A stretch of 64,000 bases of DNA, taken from positions 50,313 through 114,312 of the IMG/VR virus record IMGVR_UViG_3300021185_003853, one strand, 5' to 3'. Every line of letters starts with the position of its first letter. Positions within the stretch are counted from its first letter, which is position 1. The translations under genes and the position numbers were made by a program. The notes beneath the pieces are model-generated. The model saw nothing but the letters and a program-made list of their open reading frames with translations, was not told the origin of the DNA and did not search any database. This stretch comes from a virus. This document shows positions 1 through 11,800 of the stretch, piece by piece.

Positions 1-40
1 TACAAGTGGTTCACAAGGAGTAGCAGAAGAAGATGAGTAA
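1..40 (+). CDS. 3' end of an upstream ORF truncated by the window (possibly gp5 or a gp5-region gene)
   Basis: Frame from base 2 reads TSGSQGVAEEDE then TAA (38-40) and overlaps the next ATG at 33. Identity is inferred from position only. Confidence 0.3.
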   Translation, partial: TSGSQGVAEEDE

Positions 41-1946
41 TTGTCCAACTAGTTTACCATTAAGTCAATTAACTGATACTGATGAATTTAAAAATATTTT
101 ATCAGGCGAAGATCTATTAAACTTAACAGATCCCACAAAGCAATTGAATCAAGCATTGTTGTCTGTGACTACGGATACGATAAATGATAAATTAAATGAT
201 CAGAAGACGAAGCAATCTCCATCCGCATATACGTTTGATCAGTTTGAAGATGACTATCCTACACTAGCTAAAAAGATACAAGACGATGATATTAGTCTTG
301 GTGAAGTCGCTATATTCGCAACTGAAACAGGTGCCACCCTGCAATCCCCCTTGAATAGTGCGTTTGACGATCCTGTAGATGGCGTTGATACTGAAGGAGT
401 AACGACTGGGGATACTATTAAGGCGGGGCAAGTATCATTAGATTTTCGTGCATGGACTCCAGGATCTTATCCTACGGCACAAATTGCTGGTGCATTAGCA
501 TTGTTAGATACATTCCTTGATGATAATATAGGGTCATCATTATCGGGGGGTCAATGTGCCGCCTTTGCTGCTTTGGGTAATTCTTTACAAAGTTTATTAC
601 AATCTATGAAAGCAAAGGCAGATTCACTTGATAGCATACCTGGATTGGATCTTAAGAAGTTTACATTAAGTGAAATTTTATCAGGAGAAGTGATAAAGGT
701 CAAGTTAAAATTAGAAATGATTGGTAAATTAATTAAGGATACTGTAGAGAAAGTTATTGAAAAGGTTAAGAATCAAGCAAAGTCACTCGTTGCTTCACTT
801 AAAGATCTTCCTAATTCATTACAAGCACAGTTAAATAAGGCACAAGCGAAGGTTGCGGCATTCACATCTGACAAGAATAAGAACGGTGTGATGGATGGAA
901 TTGATAAAATGATTGCGAATGTTGGATCAATGTTCGAAAAATTAACCCCTGCTGTATTGGGTTTATTGTTGTTTCGTTTCTGTCAAGTAACAAGTGCTAT
1001 ACAAAATGCAAGTGAAACTCCTTTAAAATCATTGATGAATACAGTGAATGGCATTCAAGAAACACAAAAAATCATGAAGAGTGAGAGTGCAAAGGCAACA
1101 AAAACCGCTGTAGAGTCAGGTGCTAACCGCATGGATGCTGATGACGTTGAAAAACAAAAGGAAAAAGCGCAAACAGAAATGCGTGAACGTAGTACGAAAC
1201 TTGATGATCTCGTTGAAGGACACAAGTCTCTATACGGTGAAGGTGATGGTGTCGGTCAATTGAATACTGATAGAACGATTAATAATGATTCATTAGTATA
1301 CGATTTCATGAAGTCATATCCACGACCGAAGAGATCAAAGGATTTGCCTAAGGAATTAAGACCCTATGTTTCTAAGCTAGGTAACGATACATCTATTACT
1401 GGCGGTATTGGACCCATCAAATTTAAGGGAGGATCACAGATTGCGACTACACAATTACGTAAGAATGGTGATGATACTGGTGCTCCGGGCCCGGGTTGGA
1501 CTCTAGTACAAACGAAACTATGGGTACAGATACTAGATATGGCAAATCAATTAGATGAAGATATACTTGTAATCAAAGGGTTCGATTATGAATCTAAATC
1601 TAAATATCGTAAGAAAGGACAAATAGTAACTATAGAATTACCCTCTGATGATATAACTACACAATTAAGATATCTTATTGCCGCTTCCCGTGCAGGACTT
1701 AAAGGAATTCTTCTAGGCACGAACCCAGGAAGAATTACTGTAGGTAATTCTGCTCGTGGTGGATGGTTAAGTAAAACTTTACAAAAAGAATATGATGATT
1801 TATTTAAAGGTGCTACTGCGGATGAACGTGTTGAGTCATTCACTGCAGGAAAGGATAATACATCTATATTCGCATTAAGAAGTGCTTTAAAAGATCATAA
1901 GCGTGATGCATGGTATCCTAGAGTTGCCGTCAAGAATGATAAATAA
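33..1946 (+). CDS. Baseplate-region protein: helical N-terminal part plus degenerate peptidase M15-like C-terminal domain
   Basis: 637 aa ORF with AAGGAG upstream, directly before gp25. The C-terminal GW..V...LW...GF...KGQIVTI...AASRAGLKGI...RITVG..R.GW follows the M15A pattern but lacks the Zn ligands. Confidence 0.6.
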   Translation: MSNCPTSLPLSQLTDTDEFKNILSGEDLLNLTDPTKQLNQALLSVTTDTINDKLNDQKTKQSPSAYTFDQFEDDYPTLAKKIQDDDISLGEVAIFATETGATLQSPLNSAFDDPVDGVDTEGVTTGDTIKAGQVSLDFRAWTPGSYPTAQIAGALALLDTFLDDNIGSSLSGGQCAAFAALGNSLQSLLQSMKAKADSLDSIPGLDLKKFTLSEILSGEVIKVKLKLEMIGKLIKDTVEKVIEKVKNQAKSLVASLKDLPNSLQAQLNKAQAKVAAFTSDKNKNGVMDGIDKMIANVGSMFEKLTPAVLGLLLFRFCQVTSAIQNASETPLKSLMNTVNGIQETQKIMKSESAKATKTAVESGANRMDADDVEKQKEKAQTEMRERSTKLDDLVEGHKSLYGEGDGVGQLNTDRTINNDSLVYDFMKSYPRPKRSKDLPKELRPYVSKLGNDTSITGGIGPIKFKGGSQIATTQLRKNGDDTGAPGPGWTLVQTKLWVQILDMANQLDEDILVIKGFDYESKSKYRKKGQIVTIELPSDDITTQLRYLIAASRAGLKGILLGTNPGRITVGNSARGGWLSKTLQKEYDDLFKGATADERVESFTAGKDNTSIFALRSALKDHKRDAWYPRVAVKNDK

Positions 1947-1969
1947 TATATAAACCCAGGAATAAGTAA

Positions 1970-2377
1970 ATGGCATTAACACCTAACAGTATATCACGAA
2001 TAGTGGCAGCGGATTTTCATAAGGACATGACGATTGTTCCTGGGAAAGAAGATTTAGCACGTAAGATGAATGAGCAAGCAGTTAAAGAATCTATACGCAA
2101 TATAGTATTAACGAATAAAGGAGAGCGTCCGTTTCAACCTGAGTTGGGTTGTAATGTACGTAAGATGTTATTTGATAATGCAACACCTCAAACATTTGAC
2201 TTAGTTGAAACTGTGATATATGATGCTATTGATCTATATGAACCCCGATGTGAATTAATAGGGGTTGACGTAACGGGTGATATAGATAGCAATGCGATTA
2301 ATATATCGATTGTGTTTCGATTGATAAATACTGATACTCCAACTAAGTTTAACATAATCCTCGACAGGGTAAGATAA
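1970..2377 (+). CDS. gp25: Baseplate wedge subunit gp25
   Basis: AVKESIRNIVLTNKGERPFQPELGC and YEPR motifs; 135 aa; upstream of gp6. Confidence 0.95.
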   Translation: MALTPNSISRIVAADFHKDMTIVPGKEDLARKMNEQAVKESIRNIVLTNKGERPFQPELGCNVRKMLFDNATPQTFDLVETVIYDAIDLYEPRCELIGVDVTGDIDSNAINISIVFRLINTDTPTKFNIILDRVR

Positions 2378-2380
2378 GAA

Positions 2381-4135
2381 ATGGCAAAGATTGCACCATA
2401 TAATAAACTTGATTTCACACAAATTAAAGCGAACCTACTCGCTCATTTACAGAATCAAGATCAATTCAAGGGATTCGATTTCGAAGGATCGAACATGAAT
2501 GTGCTAGTTGATTTACTAGCGTATAACACATATAGTAATATGACTTATTATAATATGACGTTAGGAGAAACATTCCTCGATTCCGCACAGTTAAAAAACA
2601 GTGTTGTATCTCATGCAAAAGAATTAAATTATTTACCACGTTCTAGACGTTCAGCAGGGGCATTATTATCATTACGTATTACTGCATCTCAGGCAGGTAA
2701 TACATTTACAATACCTCGTGGAACATCTTTCCTAGGTAGATGTGGTAATGTGTCATATAATTTTATCACAAATAAGACATATAATGCAACTCGTGAAGGA
2801 CAAACTGCCAACGTATTTGTAGCGAATGATGTTGCTGTATTTGAAGGTCGTACTATAGTTGAAGTGCTTGATTATCAGAATACTGTATTATCTAATTCGT
2901 TTATTGATACACGATCTATTCGTTTGTTTGTAAACGGTGAAGAGTATAGATACGCTACAGGTATATTCGGAGTTGTTGAGAATGATAAAGTATTCTATTT
3001 ACAACCAGAGTTAAATGATAAGTATTCGATACAATTTGGTCAAACATTATTCGGGTATCAACCAACTGCAACCGATGTGATAGAAGTTCAGTATCGTGTA
3101 TGTTCTGGGACTCAATCAAATGGTGTGAAAGCGTTTTCTGTTGATGCGGGAGCAATAGGAGCAACTAGCGTGATTGCGACTCCTGTTGGAAACTCGATAG
3201 GCGGCGCAGATGCTGAATCAGTGGAATCGGTAAGGGAGTTTGCCCCTAAGGCGTTTCAGGTTCAGGATCGTGCTGTGACTGCCAACGATTACGAAGTTTT
3301 GCTTAAGACACAGTTTCCCGAAATAGAAAACATTAGTGTGTTTGGTGGTGATGAAGCAACGCCTCCTCAATATGGTCGTGTGATTGTTGCGGTTGATGTA
3401 CAGGGTCGTGATGGTGCTGCTGCAACTGAAATGGCATTATATAAAGATTATATTAAGAGTAAGAGTCCGTTAGCAATCGAACCAATTTTTCAAGAAGCAA
3501 AATTCTTATATGCTAAAACGAATGTCGTAGTATCTTTTGATCGTAATAATATTCTTACATCTGTTGCGGGATTAGAAGCATTAGTTCGTGATGCATTGAC
3601 TACGTATTCAAGTACAAATTTAAATAAGTTTGGTGCGACATTAGGTTCATCTGATTTAAGTTATTCATTATCATTAGCAAATGAAGCAATCACATCTGTA
3701 TCAGTAACAACAGATCCTATTATTGATTATAAACCTGTATTGAATGCAAATGAAAGTCCTACGTTTAACTTTAATCAAGAGTTATTAAAACCTTATCCAT
3801 ATAACGACACTAGTGGATTAACAGATTACAAACCATGTATTTCATCTACACGATTCACGATTGATAATACAATTGTTGAATTACAGGATGATGGTAATGG
3901 TGTTATACAAGCGATTGTATCTAGTGATGCATTACGTTCTGTGTATAAGAAAAACTTAGGTACCGTGAATTATGATACAGGCGAAATCATTTTGAAGGAT
4001 TTACGCATACGTAATTTTGAAGGTGCCGCAATTCAAATTACTGTTAAGACAAAAACTCGTGACTTTACATCACCGAAGGATCGTATCTTTAGAATAAGAC
4101 AAAGTGATACTACAGTAACAACAAGGGCAGTTTAA
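2381..4135 (+). CDS. gp6: Baseplate wedge subunit gp6
   Basis: LDFTQIKANL, FDFEGSN, LLAYNT, FLDSAQL, HAKELNYLPRS and QDRAVTANDY motifs. Confidence 0.95.
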   Translation: MAKIAPYNKLDFTQIKANLLAHLQNQDQFKGFDFEGSNMNVLVDLLAYNTYSNMTYYNMTLGETFLDSAQLKNSVVSHAKELNYLPRSRRSAGALLSLRITASQAGNTFTIPRGTSFLGRCGNVSYNFITNKTYNATREGQTANVFVANDVAVFEGRTIVEVLDYQNTVLSNSFIDTRSIRLFVNGEEYRYATGIFGVVENDKVFYLQPELNDKYSIQFGQTLFGYQPTATDVIEVQYRVCSGTQSNGVKAFSVDAGAIGATSVIATPVGNSIGGADAESVESVREFAPKAFQVQDRAVTANDYEVLLKTQFPEIENISVFGGDEATPPQYGRVIVAVDVQGRDGAAATEMALYKDYIKSKSPLAIEPIFQEAKFLYAKTNVVVSFDRNNILTSVAGLEALVRDALTTYSSTNLNKFGATLGSSDLSYSLSLANEAITSVSVTTDPIIDYKPVLNANESPTFNFNQELLKPYPYNDTSGLTDYKPCISSTRFTIDNTIVELQDDGNGVIQAIVSSDALRSVYKKNLGTVNYDTGEIILKDLRIRNFEGAAIQITVKTKTRDFTSPKDRIFRIRQSDTTVTTRAV

Positions 4136-7107
4136 TGCAATACAGACCATCAACGATAGCGCCGACTATACCCGAGCAGTTCCCAGATCACTATCGTGAA
4201 GATGGTCCTGATCTTGTTGAGTTCGTTAAACAGTATTATGAATATCTTGACGAAACAAATGATCGAAACTTTGCAGGATTACGTGACATTGATTCGACAT
4301 TAGAAAGTTTCCTAAAGTATTATAAGAACAAATATTTACACAATCTTCCTTTTGTAAATAAAGCACTTGAGGATATACCTTTCCTTGTTAAAAACATTGG
4401 CGATTTATATCGCAGTAAAGGTACGTCAGAAGCACTCGAACTGTTATTCAAAATGTTCTACAAAACGGAAGTTGAAACATACTTTCCGGCGTCTTCTATT
4501 CTGTCATTGTCTGATTCGAAATGGGCATTCTCTACATTCATTGAGTTCCTTCCTGTACAGGATGTATCAATCTTCCCTGTGAAGAAAGGAGATAGAATTG
4601 AAGGTGATACATCAAAAGCAACCGCATTCGTTGACGAAATTGTATTTTATAATATTGATGGTGTACTAGTTCCTGTAACGTACATATCAAACGTATACGG
4701 AAAGTTCACAAACGATGACGGATTACGTATAGAAAGAGATGGTGTTGTTACATATCCTGGTAAATTGATATACGGATCTATTGAATCGACAACTGTATTA
4801 ACTAGAGATGCAACAGCAAATAATGTAGTAGGTAACAAATTAAAAATTGTTTCAAGCAGAACAGGTGTTGATGGCGAAGCAACAGTTCGAACAGTATCCG
4901 ATATTCCAACGGGTGTTGTTGATTGGCAATTATTGGATAGTGGTTGGGGATATGCAGTTCCTGAAGGATCAACACAGAGTGGGAGTAATTATACAGTAGG
5001 TCCTAACTCAGTTGATACAGAAAACGAAATATTGACATCGACACAAGTATTGATTGTTGCAGGAGATGAAGTACCTGATCTTGTTCCTGGTACAACTGTC
5101 ATCGCCATCAATACACCTGTAAACGAAGTTTCAAATGGATCATCAACACCAGTAGCAAATAAGCGATTTGATGGTATTGGAAAAGTTATCGCATACGAAC
5201 ATCCAATCATTTATGTGTACGCATTTCCCGAATCGACAACAACTGATTTCGCAGATGGTGCATTTGTCGTAAGAAATACTGTTACAGGTCTTGAAGAGGA
5301 TTGGCCTTTTGCCCCAGCCGTCATTAATCCAAGAGCACAGGTTCAGGTCGGTGGTGTAGGTACGGTTGAAATATCATCGATGACACGATATAATGATTCA
5401 GCATCATTTTCGTTTGAAAAGTTTTCGAATGCCGAAACAGTATCATTCCTAGATGACATTATAAGTTTCTTTCTTTCGAAGCCGCTAGATGCATTTAATT
5501 ATAATATGGGCGGGAGAATTAATCCTAATAATAAAGATACTAAAATTCAAGATGCCCTGGGTGTAACGACAACGACTATTGGATCAATCGATGAGATCAG
5601 AGTCGAAAGTTCGGGTGATAGTTATAAGAACAATGTGAGAACACGATTACGAAACCCAACAATCTTTCCTCACGATTTAGGATTGATTGGATTGACATTT
5701 GATGTGACTAACTTCATCATTCAAGAAGGCGACATAATTGAACAAGATATTCAAATTGAAGATTTGACACGAGACAGCGAAGGTGCGTTTATAAACTCTG
5801 GTCAACAAATAACACATACGACAAGAGGACGATTTGTTCGTAGGGAAGGAAACATTTTCTATTTCCAACCATTAAGTTATTATCCCTTTAGTATTGATGG
5901 CACATCAATTACATTCAAGGGTAGAGCATTGACCGTAGAATCAGTATCTAGATTACCAGAAAATACTGCTGGCGGTAATGCTGTCGTTGAAGGTGAGGCA
6001 GAATATTTGTCAGGACAGATAACAGAAATTGATATTGCAAGATCAGGTTTCAGATATACGTCAGGTGAAACTGTTGACTTAGTTGGCAACGATGAGGATG
6101 ATGAAGACAAATATCAACAAATAGTTGCCAAGGCAAAAATTGATGTTGGGGGAATGGGAGAAACGGCAGGTAACTGGGTAACTACAACGTCACACCTTTC
6201 TGATAACAATAGATTCATTCACGATAATTATTATTATCAACAATATTCATATGATGTATCGACTATACTAGATCCTCCGGTGTATGAAAAAACAGTAAAA
6301 GATATAACGCATGTTGCAGGGACTAAGTTATTCGGCACACCTCTGATTGCTACGATTGATGATATTCGCCCAGAAATTGATGCGAGTGTTGGTCAGACAG
6401 AAACAATATTAAAAATTATTGTTGCACGACTCGAGGTAATTACTAACGCAATTTATGAAGTGTTAATCATAAATACTCAAGGTACTACTTTGCAATCTAG
6501 AGCGCCGCTATTGTATGATGTTATTCGTGAGGATGACCCTTCAGGCATACCTTATGCCACTCTTGACCCAGATGGGTTAACTGGATTAACTCAAATTCAA
6601 CTTTTAACTTTGTGGAACCTCAGCACTTTAACTTCAACTGGATATCCTGAGGTTGATGCCCGACTAGATGCACTGTCTGATCATATAACCGACAATGTAT
6701 TGTCTGTTGAAAATGGGTTTCAAGGTGTTTATGGATACGCAGTACAGTTGTTTAATTACGACTATTCGCTTGTTGAACCTAGCGATGATTATCCTGATGG
6801 ATTCTCTCCGTTAATGTTAGAAGCGGATACAACAGATCCTAGCGCATATGAAACACTTACACAAATTACTGTTGGCCCAGGAGATTTTGTCGTAGGAACA
6901 ACTTACCAGATTGTTGATCTCGGAAATCTTGCAGGCAGTAGTCCACAATGGAATGATGCTGCGGATACAGGAGCACAAACTTATTCGCAAGGATCAGTAT
7001 TTAGAGCAAATAATGACGGATCTTTATTGACAAATGCGGTTGTTATTCCTGCACTCATGGCATCAATTGTCGAAACAGGTACTGATACAGTAGTCGGATT
7101 TGATTAA
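4135..7107 (+). CDS. gp7: Baseplate wedge initiator gp7-like protein with C-terminal extension
   Basis: FVKQYYEYL, DLYRSKGT, HDNYYYQQYSY and HVAGTKLFG motifs; lies between gp6 and gp8. Confidence 0.8.
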   Translation: MQYRPSTIAPTIPEQFPDHYREDGPDLVEFVKQYYEYLDETNDRNFAGLRDIDSTLESFLKYYKNKYLHNLPFVNKALEDIPFLVKNIGDLYRSKGTSEALELLFKMFYKTEVETYFPASSILSLSDSKWAFSTFIEFLPVQDVSIFPVKKGDRIEGDTSKATAFVDEIVFYNIDGVLVPVTYISNVYGKFTNDDGLRIERDGVVTYPGKLIYGSIESTTVLTRDATANNVVGNKLKIVSSRTGVDGEATVRTVSDIPTGVVDWQLLDSGWGYAVPEGSTQSGSNYTVGPNSVDTENEILTSTQVLIVAGDEVPDLVPGTTVIAINTPVNEVSNGSSTPVANKRFDGIGKVIAYEHPIIYVYAFPESTTTDFADGAFVVRNTVTGLEEDWPFAPAVINPRAQVQVGGVGTVEISSMTRYNDSASFSFEKFSNAETVSFLDDIISFFLSKPLDAFNYNMGGRINPNNKDTKIQDALGVTTTTIGSIDEIRVESSGDSYKNNVRTRLRNPTIFPHDLGLIGLTFDVTNFIIQEGDIIEQDIQIEDLTRDSEGAFINSGQQITHTTRGRFVRREGNIFYFQPLSYYPFSIDGTSITFKGRALTVESVSRLPENTAGGNAVVEGEAEYLSGQITEIDIARSGFRYTSGETVDLVGNDEDDEDKYQQIVAKAKIDVGGMGETAGNWVTTTSHLSDNNRFIHDNYYYQQYSYDVSTILDPPVYEKTVKDITHVAGTKLFGTPLIATIDDIRPEIDASVGQTETILKIIVARLEVITNAIYEVLIINTQGTTLQSRAPLLYDVIREDDPSGIPYATLDPDGLTGLTQIQLLTLWNLSTLTSTGYPEVDARLDALSDHITDNVLSVENGFQGVYGYAVQLFNYDYSLVEPSDDYPDGFSPLMLEADTTDPSAYETLTQITVGPGDFVVGTTYQIVDLGNLAGSSPQWNDAADTGAQTYSQGSVFRANNDGSLLTNAVVIPALMASIVETGTDTVVGFD

Positions 7108-7112
7108 TAGTA

Positions 7113-7120
7113 TATAAATA
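7113..7120 (+). promoter_or_regulatory. T4-type late promoter TATAAATA
   Basis: Exact gp55 consensus in the intergenic gap before gp8. Confidence 0.85.
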
Positions 7121-7146
7121 AAACAAACACTTAGGAAAACTTTTAC

Positions 7147-8808
7147 ATGGCAAAGGTTGTAACTGAAAATTTTAGAGTTGAATCAACAAATGAGTTCGTA
7201 GATTCATTTGCGAACGCTAACGGCAATAATTATTACATTATGGCATCTTCAGTTAGTGAAGATTCAACCATCGCTAACACTCAAAAAGATATTAGAGAGT
7301 TTCAGCGTAAAGTGGTGTTCGGCAATAAGATTGACTCGAGCAATGTTAGATACATGTTTAACATTAAACCATGGGTGACAGGAACTGTATATGACATATT
7401 CGATGATACTCAAGACATGAGTACAAAGAATTTTTACGTGACCGTTCTCGATGGCACAATCAACGAAACATCATATAAGGTTTACAAGTGCTTGAGAAAC
7501 AATAACAATTCGCCTTCTGTCGATACGCCTCCTACTGCTGAGTTAGAGTCTGGGTATGAGGTAACGTCAGGTGACGGATATGTATGGAAATATTTGTTCG
7601 ATGTGCCTCCTGCGCAATACTTATTGTTTGGCACATCAAAATTCTTACCCTTTATTCCTAACTCTGCTGTTACTGCTGCTGCAACACAAAGTATTAGTGA
7701 TATTTTGATAACTGATGTCGATGCTGGCGCATTTAAACCATACCTCATAGGAGAAGATGGTACGCCCACAAAAGCAACAATTGCATCAGTATCTTCGGAC
7801 ATTATTGTTGATCAATATCAATTACAGTTAACGTGTTCTAGGGTGCCGAAAAATGCGACAAACGCTTACACTAACATGTATGTGAGAACTACCTCTGGAC
7901 ACATATTTGATATTGTCGAAAGTTCCATACCTGCTAATGTTGATTCAACAACAAACAAAACTCTTAACATATTTGTTAAGACGCCGATAAATCTAAATAA
8001 TGAAGCTGGGTTATCAGGCGGTGCTTGTTTTATTGTTCCTAAAGTTTATATAACTGAACCTGACGACTCGACAGGAACTCAGGCCATTGCGTATGGCGTA
8101 TTAAGCAATGAGGGTACATTGACGTCTATTAACTTTAAGACAAAAGGCTCAGGTTATACATTTGCGAGCGCAGAAATTAAGGCGCCACCTGCAGTGCAGT
8201 TTTCAGATACATCTGTTAGAACTATTGTATCGCCGTCAGGTGGACACGGATCAGATCCTGTGCATGAATTGTTTATGAGTAAAGTAGGAACGGTTACTAG
8301 TTTCGTTACTGATACAAATACAAGCATTCCTGATTCAAATCAATATACAAAAATAGGTCTTGTCAAAAATCCTACATTCAGAGATGACACATATCCTGCT
8401 GATTTTGATAACAGGGTGCTGGTTTCTATAGACGAAGCATTGGACGCATCACAGGTTGTTGTCGGCAGTATTGTTAAGCAAGCGTCATCTTATGATATTG
8501 ACGGAAATCCTATAGGCACAGAGGTTGTTGGGACTGTTCATGAAATTATCACATCTCACAATAATCAAACAGGTTTATATATTGTTGATAATGTTGGCGC
8601 ATATAATAAAGAATTTGAGGCAGGCGCCTTTCAAATATTTGCCGTCGAAGGAGATGCAAACACATCCTATCAAGGCGCCATAAACACTGTTAGCACACGA
8701 CATAAATATAATAAGTATTCCGGAGAAGTAATGCACTTTGTTGACTTTGATCCGATCACACGAACCGCTACATCTAAAGAAAAAGTAAAACTTATTTTCG
8801 ACTTTTAG
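7147..8808 (+). CDS. gp8: Baseplate wedge subunit gp8
   Basis: WVTGTVYDIFDD, FYV, YKVYKCLRNN, DGYVWKYLF, SPSGGHGSDPVHEL motifs and terminal EKVKLIFDF. Confidence 0.9.
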   Translation: MAKVVTENFRVESTNEFVDSFANANGNNYYIMASSVSEDSTIANTQKDIREFQRKVVFGNKIDSSNVRYMFNIKPWVTGTVYDIFDDTQDMSTKNFYVTVLDGTINETSYKVYKCLRNNNNSPSVDTPPTAELESGYEVTSGDGYVWKYLFDVPPAQYLLFGTSKFLPFIPNSAVTAAATQSISDILITDVDAGAFKPYLIGEDGTPTKATIASVSSDIIVDQYQLQLTCSRVPKNATNAYTNMYVRTTSGHIFDIVESSIPANVDSTTNKTLNIFVKTPINLNNEAGLSGGACFIVPKVYITEPDDSTGTQAIAYGVLSNEGTLTSINFKTKGSGYTFASAEIKAPPAVQFSDTSVRTIVSPSGGHGSDPVHELFMSKVGTVTSFVTDTNTSIPDSNQYTKIGLVKNPTFRDDTYPADFDNRVLVSIDEALDASQVVVGSIVKQASSYDIDGNPIGTEVVGTVHEIITSHNNQTGLYIVDNVGAYNKEFEAGAFQIFAVEGDANTSYQGAINTVSTRHKYNKYSGEVMHFVDFDPITRTATSKEKVKLIFDF

Positions 8809-8825
8809 AGGAAAGAGTAAACTAA

Positions 8826-11800
8826 ATGGGTATTAACACAAATCTAAACACAGCTCCTTACAATGATGACTTTGATGCTGACAAGCAATACATTCGTGTG
8901 TTGTTTAAACCAGCACGGGCAGTTCAAGCAAGAGAGATGACACAACTACAATCAATCCTTCAAAATCAGATAGAAAGGTTTGGTAATAATATTTACCAAG
9001 AAGGAACAATCATTGAAGGTGTGAACCCAACGGTTGATAAAAATGTCAATTTTGTCAAGATTAATGATCAATCAGGTATTGATGACTTAACAATTTATGC
9101 ATCGACAGATGATGTTTCGTATTTCATCGAAGGCCTTTCTTCAGGACTTACTGCAAGAATCGTTGCTGGGGCAAATGGATTCCAGAGTGATGCGCCTGAC
9201 TTGAAAACATTTTTTGTAAAGTATTTGCAATCAGTTGCAAACCAAGCTGGCACAGACGTTAAGCAATTTATTTCTGGTGAACTATTAAGTGTTACAAGAG
9301 AAGAAGATGGCGTAACGACAGCTGTTGCAACTGTCACAGCAAACGATGGGACTGATCATGTCGGAGAATCTTTAGCTGTTCAAGTAACTGATGGAGTAAT
9401 CTATCAGCATGGACACTTTAATTATGTTGCACCGCAACTTATCATCGCATCAAAGTATGATATTATTCCTGCTGATATCTCAGTAGGTTTTAACATCAAT
9501 GAATCAATCGTTGACTCGGCACTAGACAATACATTGCTGGACAATGCCCAAGGATTTAACAATTTTAATGCTCCTGGTGCCGATAGATTAAAACTAGAAC
9601 CTAAGTTGGCAGTATATGATACTGCAACAAGACCTGAATCATTCTTTGCATTATTGAGAATCGAAAAGGGACAGACAGTATTTGTTCGTGGCGATACACA
9701 GTTTAACTCCATTAAAAAAGAACTTGCAAAAAGAACACAAGATGAGTCGGGCAGTTATGTTGTTAGTGGGTTACCTATCACAACAGAAAAAGATTCAGAT
9801 GGGAAGTTTCAGGCTGTTATTGGTGCAGGACGGGCATATGCGTTCGGGTTCGAGATAAACAACATAGGTAAAACACGACTAGAGATTGAGCCCAGTGCAA
9901 CAACAAGCACAAAATCTTTACAATCAACAGGTGTTGAGTATGGCGGATATCTGACAGTAGATGTATCATCAGCAGGCACTGACGTTGAATCATTTAATTT
10001 CTCTGATAGATATAAATTGTGCAATTCGGCACAGCAAGACATAGGCACATGTTCAATACGAAACATTGAACCCGTAGGCAATGATAAGTTAAGAATTTAT
10101 GTATATGCAGTGCAAAAAAATGAAAATGAACAAACTACTGATATAGCATTTATTTACAAAAATGCGACAACAAAAACTGCTGTATTATCCGGCAACATCG
10201 TTGATGCGAATAAAGGATTGGCTATATTTGATACAGGCCGCCAAGGCATGAAGTCGGTTTCTAGTGTCGTATACACAGAAAGACAAAGAAAATATTACCC
10301 TATACCTGTTTCGTCATCATCTCCTATTCTGATTCCTGTTGAGGTTAACGGGCAAGTAACGACATCACCTATCACACAAGGCGGAGCTTTTGCAATTGAC
10401 ATTTCTGGGGAATATGTCGGCGCAACGATCGTAGAATCAGTCGCATCACCTAACACAGGTATCAGCATAACATTCCCAGCAGGTAAGACCCTACAATATA
10501 TCTATTACAATGCGAACATTAGTGGTGTTACACAAGACACATTAACAGCAATTGATGTTTGGGTTACTACTAGTCATTCTGCGATAAATAATTTTGCTTC
10601 TTTAGGTCTTCCTAATGCTGTTGTACTTAATCAGGTTAAGGATAGTGAAGGAAAGGATGTCACGAGCAAGTTTGCATTACAAAGAAATCAAAATGATGCA
10701 TATTACGGGCTATCTTATCTTACGCTTAAATCAGGTGAAACGCTTGGTGCGGCAACTGCAACGATAAGTGCAAACTTCACTGTTCTTCAAAGAACTGTTA
10801 ATGGTGGGTATATAACGCCGAATAGTTATAGCAATATTACTGATGTTTCTGAAAAACTTACATCATATACTGGCAGGAACGGAAAAACGTATAATCTTTT
10901 AAATTCGTTTGATTTCAGACCTTATGCAGATACAACAGTTCAATACCTGACTGAAGAGGCGGGCGCTGCATCAGTCAACATTTCATCTTTACAACTTGAC
11001 ACTTTAGGATCTGCAATTCCTGTGTCATCGAATTCTACTATACTTGCAACACAAGAATATTATTTGGGCAGAATAGACAAACTTGCAATTGACAAAACAC
11101 AACAGTTTGTGATTGTAAAGGGTCAACCTGCTGATAACCCAGGAAAAGTTGTTAACGATTCTGTGTTCGGCATAGCAGACATTTTTGTGCCTGGTGTTAA
11201 TATGTCTGTGTCAAAAGCAAATCCGATAAGAGTTGAAAGAAACACAATTAAAAATTACACTATGAAAGACATTGAATCAATTGAAAAAAGAGTTGATAGG
11301 GTTTTCGATGTGCTATCATTGAGTTTGCTTGAATCACAAACAAAAGATATGTTCATTCCCGATGCAAGCGGAAACAATAGATTTAAGAATGGCATCTTAG
11401 TAGATCAATTCAAAGACCTTAGAGTTGCGGATATCACTGACGGAGACTTCAAAGCGTCAATTGAATCAGTGCAGAAATATCTTGCTCCTGCAGTGACTCA
11501 GTTCCCTATTGATCTTAAAGTTGATAGCGCAACATCATCAAATGTTGTGTCGTATGACGATGTGACAACGCTATCAAGTTCTAGTAGAGAAACATTGCTT
11601 TCACAGGAATATGCAACAAGTTTCAGAAACTGTGCATCAAACTTTTATAATTACAACGGCACAGTTTTAATGGAACCTAAATTTGATGCTGGGTATGATG
11701 TTATTGAAAACCCTGCGGTCACAATAGATATCGATCTTGCTGGTGCTGTGCTTAGTGCAGTAGACACTATTCAACAATTCGTTCCGTTAACATCGACAAC

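Noticed and set aside
6510-6700. Dockerin/EF-hand-like motif in the gp7 C-terminal extension (LDPDGLTGLTQ)
   Set aside because: Too degenerate; the Ca-ligand pattern is incomplete.
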